From positions 57,824 through 121,823 of IMG/VR virus record IMGVR_UViG_3300021962_000035: a stretch of DNA of 64,000 bases; one strand, written 5' to 3'. Positions 48,275-58,230 of the stretch are shown in pieces. A program made the position numbers and the translations under genes. Origin of the DNA: a virus. The notes beneath the pieces are model-generated. The model was given only the letters and a program-made list of their open reading frames with translations. It searched no databases and was not told the origin of the DNA. The first letter of the stretch is position 1; the number at the start of each line of letters is the position of its first letter.

Positions 48275-50524
48275 ATGTCTTACAGCACAACATCAAAATA
48301 CGTACAGCTTACTCCATATTTGCTTATGGAGTATATGTATGCTGACCAGCCTCAACCGGAGGAATATTTCGTAAATACCGGTCCTAATACCGTTGGGTAT
48401 CAGAAACTAATCAACGGTTACCAGGATGATGCTGTACAGATATTGAATCCTACAGCGGATTATGATACCACACATAACACTGTTAATAATAGCGTAGTAC
48501 AGATAGGAACTAACTCTTTTGTTACCTTAGATTCCAATTTAATTATACCATTTAATGATTATTCTGACAAGTTAACAAATACTGCTGATTTGGGAATAAC
48601 CTTCCCGTCCAACTTATTGGTTATTTATGATACTGTTAGATACCACATAAGAGCTGGTTACAACCTTTCGAATCTTGATGGTATAATACTGAAAGTTGAA
48701 TATCAAGATCAGAATCTTAATTATGTAACAGCTTCTCAAATATTGCTTAAAAGGGGAACAGAACAGGACTATGAGCTTAATCCGAATCCGGTAACTATCG
48801 GATCCAACATATACGACAAGTACTTTGAGATCAAGCTTCCTAATTTGAAGGATATGAACTACAAGTATCTTGCTGCATCTGAAGCCTTTAAACCACAGAC
48901 TTTAGCTTCATTGATAAGTCAAAGCGGGGACGGATTTGTTTCTGATGCTCCGCTAAGAATATCAGTATGGCAGGTTCAGAGCACAGTTGACTTCGAGGGA
49001 TACTCAAGATACGACTCTGCGAGGGTTGCTTTACTTTCTTTAGAGCAAGAAGATCCTTTTTCTAACATAGGTGCTACTATAAAAGAATCTAACAGGGGAC
49101 AATTCTTCGAATACTATGCTACTGATAACGAAGGATTTATCGAAGACTTTATACTCTTTCAGAACTCGATAGGAAACAGCTATTATATTAGTCACCAAAT
49201 AGAGGTTCTGGAACAGATCGGGGCTGCTATTATACAGACGTCTAGCTTTCAGTCAATTCAAACTACTGCTTACGACACACCAAACTATTACAGACCCATA
49301 GTAAGAAATGCTGCATACTCGTCTTCATTCTTTCTTAGATATACAATGTCACTGATTAATAATGTGGATCAGAGCAGAGTTATAAGGATAGCTTCTTACG
49401 CTTCTAATAATCCTGCACAATGGGGAACTAACATAACTCCGATAGCTCTATCGACTCTTCCGCAGGTACAAAAGATCTATAATAGGGTTTATTCTGCCTC
49501 TGCCATTAATCTAGGAAATAACAGCACACCTACCCCGAAGGAGATAGTTAAATACACTAACGTTTTCATTCAGCAGAACTATGTTACCGCTACTGCTAAT
49601 AATCTTACTTTCACGAATGGTAATTTGACACAGAACAACGGTACATCGAACACGACTGCTGTTGGAATAGGCAAGCTTACTATTTCTATATCACCGTTTG
49701 ATAACTACTACAAATTCAAATTCGTTTTAGCTGGACCGAACGGTATACCTACATCTATAGATTTAAGTAATAGCGGACTATTCAAATTAGCTTTCCTTGA
49801 TAATGCGGGTAATAAAAACTATGTGCCTTCTTTGCTTGATAATAATATCGCTAAGCCAGCTTTAGGTGAACTTGCTTTTAAAGTTAACGAATCACAATCT
49901 ACAAAGATACTTCAATTCACGGATAGAAGATTTTTCATAACAAATGGAAACGTAACAGTTTCTCAGGCTAATGAAACTTTGGCCCAATCTGCAGCCAGCA
50001 ATTCTTCTTCTTTGCTTAGAACTTCTACCCAAACTTTGGCAGAAACAAATACTCCAGTAGCTTCGACCTCGCCTACGAATGAGTCAACCTCTGTTTTATA
50101 TTGGGGATACTGGAAGAAGGACGGTGAAACTGAATTTGTTGTCGGCGCAACAGCAGCATCACCTATTATACCTGATGCCATGACTTCTTCGGGAACAATG
50201 CCAATCGGTCTTACTGAAACTGCTCCTAAGCCGATAGTTCAATCTATAGTGCCAGCAGCAGGTTTGGGTAGCGGGGTAATAAATGCGGGATCTCCTGACG
50301 GAACTAATCAGACTAGTCAGTTAACTGGATCAGCTCTTATAAGTGCTTTATCTGCTCAAATAGAGGGATTCGTTGCTACTGGATGGAAGGATCAAACGAT
50401 AATCACATACTTCTTAACACCAGGTAGACCTGGATATTTGCAATACCCAGGTTTAACCAAAGCTGAGTTTATAAAGGCTGCTGACGGTATACTATCAGAT
50501 GCCTCAATAGAGAAACTAAAATAA
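48275..50524 (+). CDS. Putative structural protein
   Basis: 749 aa beta-rich ORF with a low-complexity S/T/A linker before a small C-terminal domain. Confidence 0.75.
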   Translation: MSYSTTSKYVQLTPYLLMEYMYADQPQPEEYFVNTGPNTVGYQKLINGYQDDAVQILNPTADYDTTHNTVNNSVVQIGTNSFVTLDSNLIIPFNDYSDKLTNTADLGITFPSNLLVIYDTVRYHIRAGYNLSNLDGIILKVEYQDQNLNYVTASQILLKRGTEQDYELNPNPVTIGSNIYDKYFEIKLPNLKDMNYKYLAASEAFKPQTLASLISQSGDGFVSDAPLRISVWQVQSTVDFEGYSRYDSARVALLSLEQEDPFSNIGATIKESNRGQFFEYYATDNEGFIEDFILFQNSIGNSYYISHQIEVLEQIGAAIIQTSSFQSIQTTAYDTPNYYRPIVRNAAYSSSFFLRYTMSLINNVDQSRVIRIASYASNNPAQWGTNITPIALSTLPQVQKIYNRVYSASAINLGNNSTPTPKEIVKYTNVFIQQNYVTATANNLTFTNGNLTQNNGTSNTTAVGIGKLTISISPFDNYYKFKFVLAGPNGIPTSIDLSNSGLFKLAFLDNAGNKNYVPSLLDNNIAKPALGELAFKVNESQSTKILQFTDRRFFITNGNVTVSQANETLAQSAASNSSSLLRTSTQTLAETNTPVASTSPTNESTSVLYWGYWKKDGETEFVVGATAASPIIPDAMTSSGTMPIGLTETAPKPIVQSIVPAAGLGSGVINAGSPDGTNQTSQLTGSALISALSAQIEGFVATGWKDQTIITYFLTPGRPGYLQYPGLTKAEFIKAADGILSDASIEKLK

Positions 50525-50534
50525 ATAGAAGAAC

Positions 50535-51083
50535 GTGTTACTTAATCCGAAATCAAATAGCTTCTACTTCAACTTTCCTAAAGGATTCTTTTCTGACAGG
50601 GTAACACAGAAGTATGAGGAGTACATTAAAAAACAACCAATTCCATTTGATAACGTTCCTCAGTATGTGAATAGCACTATCCAATCTGTCGGATTTCCTG
50701 GACTGGCAATAGATTCAGTAGAGCAGGTTAGAAATTTGGGTAAAAAGATAGCTTATAAGAGCTCTACCCCTATACAGGATCTTTTCTCGAAGGATTTCAC
50801 CATGAACTTTAAAATGGCTGACGGCTTTATAAACTATTTTATAATGCTCGATACCGTTTTGGATTTTTTGAATTTTGCAAATGATCAGATCTTTATCCAG
50901 GCGCTTCCATTGAGAATAATGGACAATGAGGGTAACATAATTATGTCGGTGACTTTCCAGGAGGTTCTTTTCACGTCATTTTCTGAATTAGAACTTAATT
51001 ACACCAACAATAATCCAGGATACAGCTCATTTAGTTTGGGCTTCAAATGTAACTACATAGATATAGTTCTCGAAGCTAAGTGA
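50535..51083 (+). CDS. Tail tube/tail terminator-like protein (gp19/gp3 fold)
   Basis: IQSVGFPGLAI...DFTMNFKMADGFINY...LRIMDNEGNIIMSVTF...FSELELNY...FSLGFKCNY tube-fold pattern; GTG start. Confidence 0.65.
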   Translation: MLLNPKSNSFYFNFPKGFFSDRVTQKYEEYIKKQPIPFDNVPQYVNSTIQSVGFPGLAIDSVEQVRNLGKKIAYKSSTPIQDLFSKDFTMNFKMADGFINYFIMLDTVLDFLNFANDQIFIQALPLRIMDNEGNIIMSVTFQEVLFTSFSELELNYTNNNPGYSSFSLGFKCNYIDIVLEAK

Positions 51084-51091
51084 GATATATA
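51084..51091 (+). promoter_or_regulatory. GATATATA candidate late promoter
   Basis: 19 nt upstream of ATG 51111. Confidence 0.6.
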
Positions 51092-51110
51092 ATTAAATTA
51101 AACACTAAAG

Positions 51111-51347
51111 ATGAAAAAGTTTTCAGAAGTAAAAGAACTAAACGAGATGAAGTACGGTCAGCCACTAGGTGGTGAAAAAGACCAAATGAAAAATCTTTTG
51201 GTAGCAGCTGCAGGTAACGACCAAAGAGTATTAAATGACTTGGTAAACTGTCTAACTGATGCACAAATGAAATCTTGTTTCGAAAAGCTTTCTAAAGTTT
51301 ATGGATATACAGGTTCTGTTGGTCAGATAGTTCACCCTGCAGTTTAA
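51111..51347 (+). CDS. Small putative internal head protein
   Basis: MKKFSEVKELNE|M leader resembling the T4 capsid-targeting sequence; own promoter motif. Confidence 0.7.
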   Translation: MKKFSEVKELNEMKYGQPLGGEKDQMKNLLVAAAGNDQRVLNDLVNCLTDAQMKSCFEKLSKVYGYTGSVGQIVHPAV

Positions 51348-51364
51348 TCCATAAAAATATTTGC

Positions 51365-52072
51365 ATGAATTTAGTAGGAATAGATTTTTCTATCAACTCC
51401 CCCGCATTTTGCTGTTTTAAAGATGGGAAGTACACTTGGGGATCTTTAACTAGGTCCGATAGGAGTCCCGAGTCCCTTAGAAAGAACTCTAAGAAGCCCT
51501 TTTCAGTTTTAGATACGGAAGAAGATTTCAAAATGATTTTCCTAGACAAAAAGGAGTTACCCGAGGATTATACCGGAAGGGAGAGAATCAAGATAGTTTA
51601 CTTCTTGGAGATTGTGGATTCTTTATGGAGTAGCATAGAAAATATTATGGGAGATTCCGAATTTCATGTTGCTATGGAGGGTTTAAGCTTCTCCTCTAAT
51701 GGTAATGCACTTATAGATATTTCCATGGCTACTGCATTGCTAAGAAAAAAGATAATTGATAGGGTTGGTGCGGATAGGTTTCATGTTTTCTCCCCGACCT
51801 CTATTAAAAAGTTTGCCTTAAAGGGAAACGCCAAAAAAGACGAATTGTATAATTCCCTATGTTCTTACAAAGGGGACGAAACAAATTTAGCAAACTTTGC
51901 TAATATATTAGAAGCTAACCAAACTGAGTGGATAACACCAGCTAAAGTGGTTAACAAACCGATTGATGATATTGTGGACGCAACTTGGATAACATTGTAC
52001 TTAAAGAAAGAATTAAAGGAAATTTATGGAATTAAAGGAAATTTTGAACCAGAACTCACAGAAAGCCTCTAG
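51365..52072 (+). CDS. RuvC-like Holliday junction resolvase/endonuclease
   Basis: LVGIDFSINSPA (D), VAMEG (E), SPTSIKKFALKGNAKKD, DDIVDATW catalytic pattern. Confidence 0.85.
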   Translation: MNLVGIDFSINSPAFCCFKDGKYTWGSLTRSDRSPESLRKNSKKPFSVLDTEEDFKMIFLDKKELPEDYTGRERIKIVYFLEIVDSLWSSIENIMGDSEFHVAMEGLSFSSNGNALIDISMATALLRKKIIDRVGADRFHVFSPTSIKKFALKGNAKKDELYNSLCSYKGDETNLANFANILEANQTEWITPAKVVNKPIDDIVDATWITLYLKKELKEIYGIKGNFEPELTESL

Positions 52073-52292
52073 TAAACTAAACTACATCACTGGACCTTCA
52101 GGTCACTCAAACGAGGCATTTCCCGCACCATTCAATTTATTGTATGCTATTCTAAAGATAGCTAATCGTAAGAGCCATTTAGGAGCTCGCTACGAGACTA
52201 TATCCCTTTCTTTAATGAAAACATCTAATGTGGATTATCATGTCCGCACACATCACCTATTGAGCAAGAATACACATCAAACCAAGATATAA
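52026..52292 (+). CDS. Possible small His-rich hypothetical protein
   Basis: 88 aa ORF filling an otherwise empty 220-nt gap, but overlapping the RuvC-like gene by 47 nt. Confidence 0.35.
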   Translation: MELKEILNQNSQKASSKLNYITGPSGHSNEAFPAPFNLLYAILKIANRKSHLGARYETISLSLMKTSNVDYHVRTHHLLSKNTHQTKI

Positions 52293-52388
52293 GTAGAAAA
52301 AAAAGACAATTTTATGGGAAAATAAAAAAAATCAAGAGAAACAAAAAGAAAACACAAAGTAAAACTAAAAATTAAAATTTAAAAAATC

Positions 52389-53360
52389 ATGAGTAATTTA
52401 GACATCTTCAATCTCGACGCAGAGGCGTTCGTAACCCCAACCGCTAAACAAGGAGCAGGAAAAGACCTTGAATTTTACAAACCTTATCCAGAGGACGGTA
52501 AAGACGGAGTTTACAAATCTTTAATCAGATTCGTACCAAACCCAGCTAATCCAGCAAAATCTAAAATCCACAAGTACTACGTTTACTTAAACGATCCAGT
52601 TAGTGGAAACGCATTTTCTGCAGATTGTCCTTCAACAGTAGGTAAAAGATCTATTCTTAAAGACCTATTCTGGAAATTGAAAAATTCGCATTCAGCTGCT
52701 GATCAAGAATTAGCTAAGAAATTCTCAAGAAAAGAGGATTACTATTCATTAGTTCAAATCGTACAAGACAAGAACAAACCTGAATTAGAAGGTAAAGTAA
52801 TGATCTTCAAATTCGGCAAAAAATTGAACGACATGATCGAGGCCCAGCTTCAACCAGAATACGGAGATCCTTGCAATCCTTTCGATCTTTTCGAAGGTAG
52901 AGAATTTGCGGTAAGCGTTAGAAAGGTCGGAGAATGGAACAACTACGATCTTTGTTCTTTCATCGGAGAGAAAACCCCAATCAAAGTTGCAGGTAAGCCA
53001 ATGAAGAAAACCCAAGAGGATATGAACACTATCTTGGAATACTTAAACGAAGGACCTAAAAATCTAACAAGCTTTGATTACAAAGATTGGGATGACGAAA
53101 TGACTGACAAAGTTATGAGTGTTATTAAGAACACAGTTCCAGAGGCACGTATCATCAATGAAATCGTTGGAGGAGTTAGTTCAGCACCTGTAAAGAGTGC
53201 ACCATCTACTTCTTCTAATGACATCTACGCTGAAGCAAGCCAAACTAAAGTTGGAAATTCAGTTAAAAGAGAAGAGCCAGTTCAGGAAGAAGCTCCTGTT
53301 AGATCTAGCAGCAGCTCATCTTCTTCATCTTCATTAGAGGATCTTTACAACGACCTTTAA
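52389..53360 (+). CDS. gp32: Single-stranded DNA-binding protein, T4 gp32-like
   Basis: IRFVP, CPSTVG, PELEGKVMIFKFGKK, NPFDLFEGREF, WNNYD motifs; Ser-rich linker and acidic LEDLYNDL tail. Confidence 0.93.
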   Translation: MSNLDIFNLDAEAFVTPTAKQGAGKDLEFYKPYPEDGKDGVYKSLIRFVPNPANPAKSKIHKYYVYLNDPVSGNAFSADCPSTVGKRSILKDLFWKLKNSHSAADQELAKKFSRKEDYYSLVQIVQDKNKPELEGKVMIFKFGKKLNDMIEAQLQPEYGDPCNPFDLFEGREFAVSVRKVGEWNNYDLCSFIGEKTPIKVAGKPMKKTQEDMNTILEYLNEGPKNLTSFDYKDWDDEMTDKVMSVIKNTVPEARIINEIVGGVSSAPVKSAPSTSSNDIYAEASQTKVGNSVKREEPVQEEAPVRSSSSSSSSSSLEDLYNDL

Positions 53361-53374
53361 TAGATAATTTAACC

Positions 53375-53405
53375 GGGGACGGCTTTATGGCTGTCCCCTT
53401 TTTTT
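53375..53405 (+). terminator. Rho-independent terminator after gp32
   Basis: GGGGACGGC-TTTATG-GCTGTCCCC stem-loop followed by T7. Confidence 0.9.
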
Positions 53406-53410
53406 ATCCC

Positions 53411-54475
53411 ATGCAATTAGAAAAAATCGAGGACCTAATAGGTGTAATTCTCAATAGGGAATTTCAAGGCAATCCTGCTAAACAAATAGTTTATAAGTCA
53501 GGAAATCGCCTTAATTTCTCGTGTCCTTATTGCGGGGATTCTCATGACGCCAAGAAAAAGAGGGGTAATTTTTATCTGGATACTTTAGCTTACAAATGTT
53601 ATAATGGAGGATGTGGAATATTCAAAGATTCTGTAACTTTCTTAAAAGATTTCGGTCTTTATAATAAACTAACAGGAAGCGAGAAGGAAGAGATAAAAAA
53701 TATCATAGAGGAGAACAGAGGAAAAAGAAGAACGGTTTATGGCAAAGTTGACATAAGCTACTTCTTTGAGAATGACATCTCAGAAATATTAATAAAGAGA
53801 TCCGACTTTATGAACGCTCTTGGGTTACAGGAGGTCTGGGGATCTAAGATACAAAGATATGTTCAGAGAAGGAATCAGAGAATAGATTCTAGATTTGCCT
53901 GGGATGCTAAAAAAGAAAGACTATTTCTATTCAATCTAACTCCAGATGAAAAGATAATAGGTCTCCAGGTCAGAAACATGAATTCTATAAAGGGCTCTTC
54001 CAAATATCTAACTTACAAATTAAGCGGGATATATGAAAAGCTATTGAATATTAAGGATGCCGAACTTCTGGATAAAGCCAGAGCTATAGATCCTATTTCG
54101 CATGTTTTTGGTATAGGATTCTTAGATTTCGGTCAATCTATAACCATTTTCGAGGGACCAATGGATTCTTGGATGTGGACAAACTCGGTTGGTCTATGTT
54201 CTCTTGAAAACAAATTCCCATTCGAGATAGATGATGTTAGATATTGGTATGACTGGGATAAAGCAGGAATAGAAAAATCTGTCGATTTATTGGCTAAAGG
54301 TTTTACTGTTTTCAACTGGGGAAAATTCTTAGAAGAAAACGATATAACAAAGAACAGAAAATGGGATCTTAATGATCTCGTGGTTCATCTCAGAACCACA
54401 GGAAAGAAAATTAGGAGATTTGATAACTACTTTACAAACGAAGCACTTGACCTTAGATATTTTATTGATAAATGA
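53411..54475 (+). CDS. gp61: DNA primase, T4 gp61-like
   Basis: Zn finger CPYCGDS...KCYNGGCG; TOPRIM IFEGPMDS and YDWDKAG. The track start 53387 lies inside the terminator, so ATG 53411 is preferred. Confidence 0.92.
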   Translation: MQLEKIEDLIGVILNREFQGNPAKQIVYKSGNRLNFSCPYCGDSHDAKKKRGNFYLDTLAYKCYNGGCGIFKDSVTFLKDFGLYNKLTGSEKEEIKNIIEENRGKRRTVYGKVDISYFFENDISEILIKRSDFMNALGLQEVWGSKIQRYVQRRNQRIDSRFAWDAKKERLFLFNLTPDEKIIGLQVRNMNSIKGSSKYLTYKLSGIYEKLLNIKDAELLDKARAIDPISHVFGIGFLDFGQSITIFEGPMDSWMWTNSVGLCSLENKFPFEIDDVRYWYDWDKAGIEKSVDLLAKGFTVFNWGKFLEENDITKNRKWDLNDLVVHLRTTGKKIRRFDNYFTNEALDLRYFIDK

Positions 54476-54719
54476 TCCTAGCTCAGGAACCGATAAAACC
54501 GGTGAATGGGAAAAACAGTGCGATGAGAGAAGTACTCCCCGCATAAAGTTTCCTCTTAAGCTTAAAGACGATTCTCTTGGACAGCTCAGTACAGAATTTC
54601 CTGAACCTGTTGTAGAGGAACCAAAAAAGAAAGTGGTGGATAAAACCAAAGATTCGGTTAAAGTTGTTTCTTTAACCAATAACAGAAAGAAAGATAAAAA
54701 TAAAAATAAACTATTTTAG
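54465..54719 (+). CDS. Small basic hypothetical protein
   Basis: 3' part of track ORF 54372..54719; in-frame TTG at 54465 overlapping the primase end; fills the gap to uvsY. Confidence 0.45.
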   Translation: MINDPSSGTDKTGEWEKQCDERSTPRIKFPLKLKDDSLGQLSTEFPEPVVEEPKKKVVDKTKDSVKVVSLTNNRKKDKNKNKLF

Positions 54720-55163
54720 ATGTCAGGCGAAAAAACAGACTTCGGTAAGATCTTTGAAAACGAAAGATCAGAATGGAAAGAAACAATACAGGTAATAGCT
54801 ATCCAAATGAAGGATATAAAAACCCTTGCAAAAGCCCAGGTTGATCTTTTCAGCCAACGCCAGGTGCTACTTGAATACAGCTATAAATTGGCAGCGATTG
54901 TTTCCAAATTAAATTCTAAATCGAGAGTAGAAAAATCTAAGAAGCTAAAGGATTATTCAGAAAGAAGCGATGTTAGATATGGTGCTAACGAGAAGACAGT
55001 ATTAATAGACGGAGATTTAACCGAGATAGCAGAAAAAATAGAGCTTGTGGAAAGCCACAGAAAATTCATAGATCAAACCATACAAACGGTTGATCATATG
55101 TTATATGGGATCAAATCGAGAATAGCCTTAGAAGACTATTTAAGGGGGTCCACTGTAAAATAA
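54720..55163 (+). CDS. uvsY: Recombination mediator UvsY-like
   Basis: 147 aa helical protein with EKTVLIDGDL...IKSRIALE pattern, immediately upstream of uvsW as in T4-like phages. Confidence 0.75.
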   Translation: MSGEKTDFGKIFENERSEWKETIQVIAIQMKDIKTLAKAQVDLFSQRQVLLEYSYKLAAIVSKLNSKSRVEKSKKLKDYSERSDVRYGANEKTVLIDGDLTEIAEKIELVESHRKFIDQTIQTVDHMLYGIKSRIALEDYLRGSTVK

Positions 55164-55171
55164 GATATATA
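55164..55171 (+). promoter_or_regulatory. GATATATA motif
   Basis: Between uvsY and uvsW, only 4 nt before the ATG, so spacing is atypical. Confidence 0.35.
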
Positions 55172-55175
55172 CAGA

Positions 55176-56714
55176 ATGATTAAATTTCAAGTTTCTGACG
55201 ATGATCAATGGATAGTGCTAATGGAAGCATTAGACGAGGTTGAGAAGAAGCAGATCGACATATCATTAACCAAGAAAATACACAATTTCTATTTTCATCC
55301 CCTAGTTAAGAAAAAAATCTGGGATGGAAATATATGCTTTATTGAAAAGAAGGGTGGGGCATGGAAAATTCCCATAGGCCTTTGGAGAGAAGTTTTGCAA
55401 ATTGGCGAGGATTATAATATCAAGATCGAAATAAATGGTCTGGATAAAATAGTGAATAACGATCTTACACTGGAGGAGTACACAGAGTGGGTTAATGAAT
55501 TTTTTGCTGGTGGTATCGGAGGAGATCCCGATAAGATGCCTAGGGATTATCAAATTGAAACAGCATGGAAGTTAATTAAATACAGATACTCGATATCGGA
55601 GGTTGCTACATCATCAGGTAAGACCCTTATATCTTTTATGATATTCGCTTACCTTAAACAGAAAGGACTGATAAGAAAGTTCGTTATGATCGTTCCTAGT
55701 ACAAACTTGGTTTTTCAAGGCAGCGAGGATTTTGAAGATTATGGAATGCACAAGATTGGTTCTAAAATACAGCAGGTAGGCGGAGGATCGAAATTAAGAG
55801 AAGGATGCGATGTTATTATCGGAACTTTCCAGTCTCTGGTTAAACAAGGTCCAGAATTCTTTGAAGAAGCTGACTTGGTTTTCGTTGACGAAGCTCACCA
55901 TACAAACAGTATGTCAATCAAGAAAATTGTTGCAAACTGTATGCACTCTAGATGGAGATTTGGACTAACTGGTACTCTAACAAAAAGAGGAACCGCGGAT
56001 TATCTAACAATTCAACAATTTTTAGGACCGCTTATAGTTGAGATCTCACCAAGCTTTCTTTTTGATAATAATTATGCAACCCCCGTTTCCATCAAGGTTG
56101 TTATTATGGATTGGCTTGAAAAAGAACTCAAGGACAAACTTGCGGATCTTAAGCTCAACAATAATAATCTAGAAGGAAATGAAGTTTACAACCTAGAGAG
56201 AAAGCTTGTTGTTGAAAGCAAGAAAAGGCTTAATTACGTGGTTGATTTCATAAGTAAAACCTCCAAAAATTCACTTGTTCTTTTCCAATCGGTTAAGGAT
56301 GAGTATGGTAAGCAAATTTGGAACCTGCTAAGGGAGAAGAATAACGACAAGGAGGTTTTTTACGTTGATGGCGACACTAACGAAGGTTTAAGAGAGGAAT
56401 ATAAGGCAAGAATGGCATCAGGCTCTAATAAGATCCTTATAGCAACCTATGGTACATTTTCTACCGGTATCTCCATAAATAACCTACATAACATCTTTTT
56501 AGTGGAATCTTATAAAAGTGAGGTCCTTATTAAGCAGAGTCTGGGTAGGGGTATGAGGAAGATGGAGGGGAAGGATAAAGTGAATATTATTGACTTTGTG
56601 GACGATTTCTCGACACCAAAGTACCAGAACTACCTTTTAAAGCATTCTGAGGCCAGAATACAGATCTATAAGAACGAATCCTTCGAATATAAGATATACA
56701 AAGTAAAACTTTAA
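55176..56714 (+). CDS. uvsW: SF2 DNA helicase UvsW
   Basis: PRDYQ, ATSSGKT, VDEAH, GLTGT, TYGTFSTGI, QSLGRGMR motifs. Confidence 0.95.
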   Translation: MIKFQVSDDDQWIVLMEALDEVEKKQIDISLTKKIHNFYFHPLVKKKIWDGNICFIEKKGGAWKIPIGLWREVLQIGEDYNIKIEINGLDKIVNNDLTLEEYTEWVNEFFAGGIGGDPDKMPRDYQIETAWKLIKYRYSISEVATSSGKTLISFMIFAYLKQKGLIRKFVMIVPSTNLVFQGSEDFEDYGMHKIGSKIQQVGGGSKLREGCDVIIGTFQSLVKQGPEFFEEADLVFVDEAHHTNSMSIKKIVANCMHSRWRFGLTGTLTKRGTADYLTIQQFLGPLIVEISPSFLFDNNYATPVSIKVVIMDWLEKELKDKLADLKLNNNNLEGNEVYNLERKLVVESKKRLNYVVDFISKTSKNSLVLFQSVKDEYGKQIWNLLREKNNDKEVFYVDGDTNEGLREEYKARMASGSNKILIATYGTFSTGISINNLHNIFLVESYKSEVLIKQSLGRGMRKMEGKDKVNIIDFVDDFSTPKYQNYLLKHSEARIQIYKNESFEYKIYKVKL

Positions 56715-56722
56715 TTTTTGGG

Positions 56723-56730
56723 GATATATA
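56723..56730 (+). promoter_or_regulatory. GATATATA candidate late promoter heading the 56.7-60.8 kb operon
   Basis: 16 nt upstream of ATG 56747. Confidence 0.62.
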
Positions 56731-56746
56731 AAGAAAAACTTCGGAA

Positions 56747-57286
56747 ATGAGAATAAAGAAATTTGACACTTTTAGCGAATCTATATTAGAGGGTAAGTCT
56801 GATTATTATAAAGGAAACACCAAATTAAGCAGATGGCTTAGAAAAGTGGACGGGAATATGGAGTACGAATATGATAAGCTTAGAGCTGCATCGGAGCCAG
56901 TAGGCAACGACAACGGGGCTTCTACTATCAATAGCGTAAATTCTCTTTTACCTTTAATGGGAAGATTAATAGCTAGCTCTGGTGCTGCTATAGCAGATTT
57001 CTTCTTTAAAGGTGATTCTAAGGATTCCTACTCTAAATTATCGAAATCTGAGCTAAAGGATAAAAAGAAAGACGTTTTAGACGATTGGGAGAAAGAAAAG
57101 ATAGGTGATAAGAACGTTACAGAAAAAGACGCTGAAGATTTTTATAAATCTGGGGTACTTAAGGGCAAAAAATACTTTGGTAAAGATTATCAACCACTTA
57201 AGCCTAAAAACGACGACGAGAAACAATATAGCAGCTATTTGACGGGTGCTATGGGAAGATATTACGATAAAATCCACAAGAAATAA
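56747..57286 (+). CDS. Hypothetical helical protein with capsid-targeting-like leader
   Basis: MRIKKFDTFSESILE|GK leader. Confidence 0.75.
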   Translation: MRIKKFDTFSESILEGKSDYYKGNTKLSRWLRKVDGNMEYEYDKLRAASEPVGNDNGASTINSVNSLLPLMGRLIASSGAAIADFFFKGDSKDSYSKLSKSELKDKKKDVLDDWEKEKIGDKNVTEKDAEDFYKSGVLKGKKYFGKDYQPLKPKNDDEKQYSSYLTGAMGRYYDKIHKK

Positions 57287-57287
57287 T

Positions 57288-58220
57288 ATGAGTAATAGGG
57301 TTTTAGATTTTTCTGGCTTTAACAAGCTTTTTGAAGGCGGTGCTGCTATAAAGACCGCAAGGAGAATCCGTGAGGACGAATTTCCCAAAACCCTTGAGAG
57401 TATAAAGCAAATTCTTTTCCCGTTACTTTCAATTGACCCAACTAAGATTAATGACGAGTATATAATAATCGGAAGTATCGGTAAGAAGAAGAACCCGGAC
57501 GACACATCCGGTGACCTTGATCTTGGATACGATAGCTCTTGGTTTGCCAGAGAACATGGTATAACTGTGAAAGAGGTTTCTTCATTTACCTATAATATTA
57601 TCATAGAGAAATTAGGAGATGCTTTAGGGTATCAGCCTGAGATAAATTTTATGAAGGGACTGAACATAGTTAGCGTTGGATGGCCAATTGAAGGTGATGT
57701 TAATAAGGGAATAGTTCAGCTTGATCTTATCCCGATTTCTAGTATGGAATGGGCGGAGTTTATTTACTATTCGCCAAACTATAAGATAGGAGAAAGCAAA
57801 TATAAATCGGCTCACAGAAACTGGTTGCTTTCCGCTATATTATCAGCAAGAAAAGAAGTATTAGATACTGACGAAGCTGGTGAAATTATGGACTACAATT
57901 CACCTGTCCTAATTCTTAGTGATGGTCTCTTCTGGCACACCAAATCATATAGAGGGGCTAGAATACCTAGATTAAAACACTCTAAAAAAGTGGAGGGAAG
58001 CGAGAGATTCGTAACCAGAGACCCACAGGAATTTGTAGATTTCGCTCTAGGACCTGGCTACACTGTGAATGATGTTAAAACATTTGAGGATGTGCTAAAA
58101 ATTATAGAAGACCCAAAATTTGATCTGCATGACAAATTACCTGAAATAAAACAGAGATTTTTGGAATACCTTGAGAGAGTTGGACTAGAAATACCAACGG
58201 AAATAAATAGAATCGATTAA
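57288..58220 (+). CDS. Pol-beta-superfamily nucleotidyltransferase with capsid-targeting-like leader
   Basis: IIGSIGKKKNPDDTSGDLDL (hGS...DhD) plus third acid in VQLDL; start ATG 57288 (MSNRVLDFSGFNKLFE|GG). Confidence 0.82.
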   Translation: MSNRVLDFSGFNKLFEGGAAIKTARRIREDEFPKTLESIKQILFPLLSIDPTKINDEYIIIGSIGKKKNPDDTSGDLDLGYDSSWFAREHGITVKEVSSFTYNIIIEKLGDALGYQPEINFMKGLNIVSVGWPIEGDVNKGIVQLDLIPISSMEWAEFIYYSPNYKIGESKYKSAHRNWLLSAILSARKEVLDTDEAGEIMDYNSPVLILSDGLFWHTKSYRGARIPRLKHSKKVEGSERFVTRDPQEFVDFALGPGYTVNDVKTFEDVLKIIEDPKFDLHDKLPEIKQRFLEYLERVGLEIPTEINRID

Positions 58221-58230
58221 AAAATAAAAT

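Noticed and set aside
53387-53410. Track start MAVPFFYP for the primase
   Set aside because: That ATG lies within the gp32 terminator hairpin; ATG 53411 fits better.
4382-58000. Numerous 60-140 aa ORFs nested in or antisense to long genes (e.g. 4382-4789, 5054-5407, 9313-9588, 44161-44535, 57077-57505)
   Set aside because: Fully overlap well-supported genes, have no motifs, and show antisense-type composition.
57288-58220. Calling the Pol-beta NTase a CBASS CD-NTase
   Set aside because: No Cap effectors or Cap2/3 nearby; the motif is generic to the superfamily.
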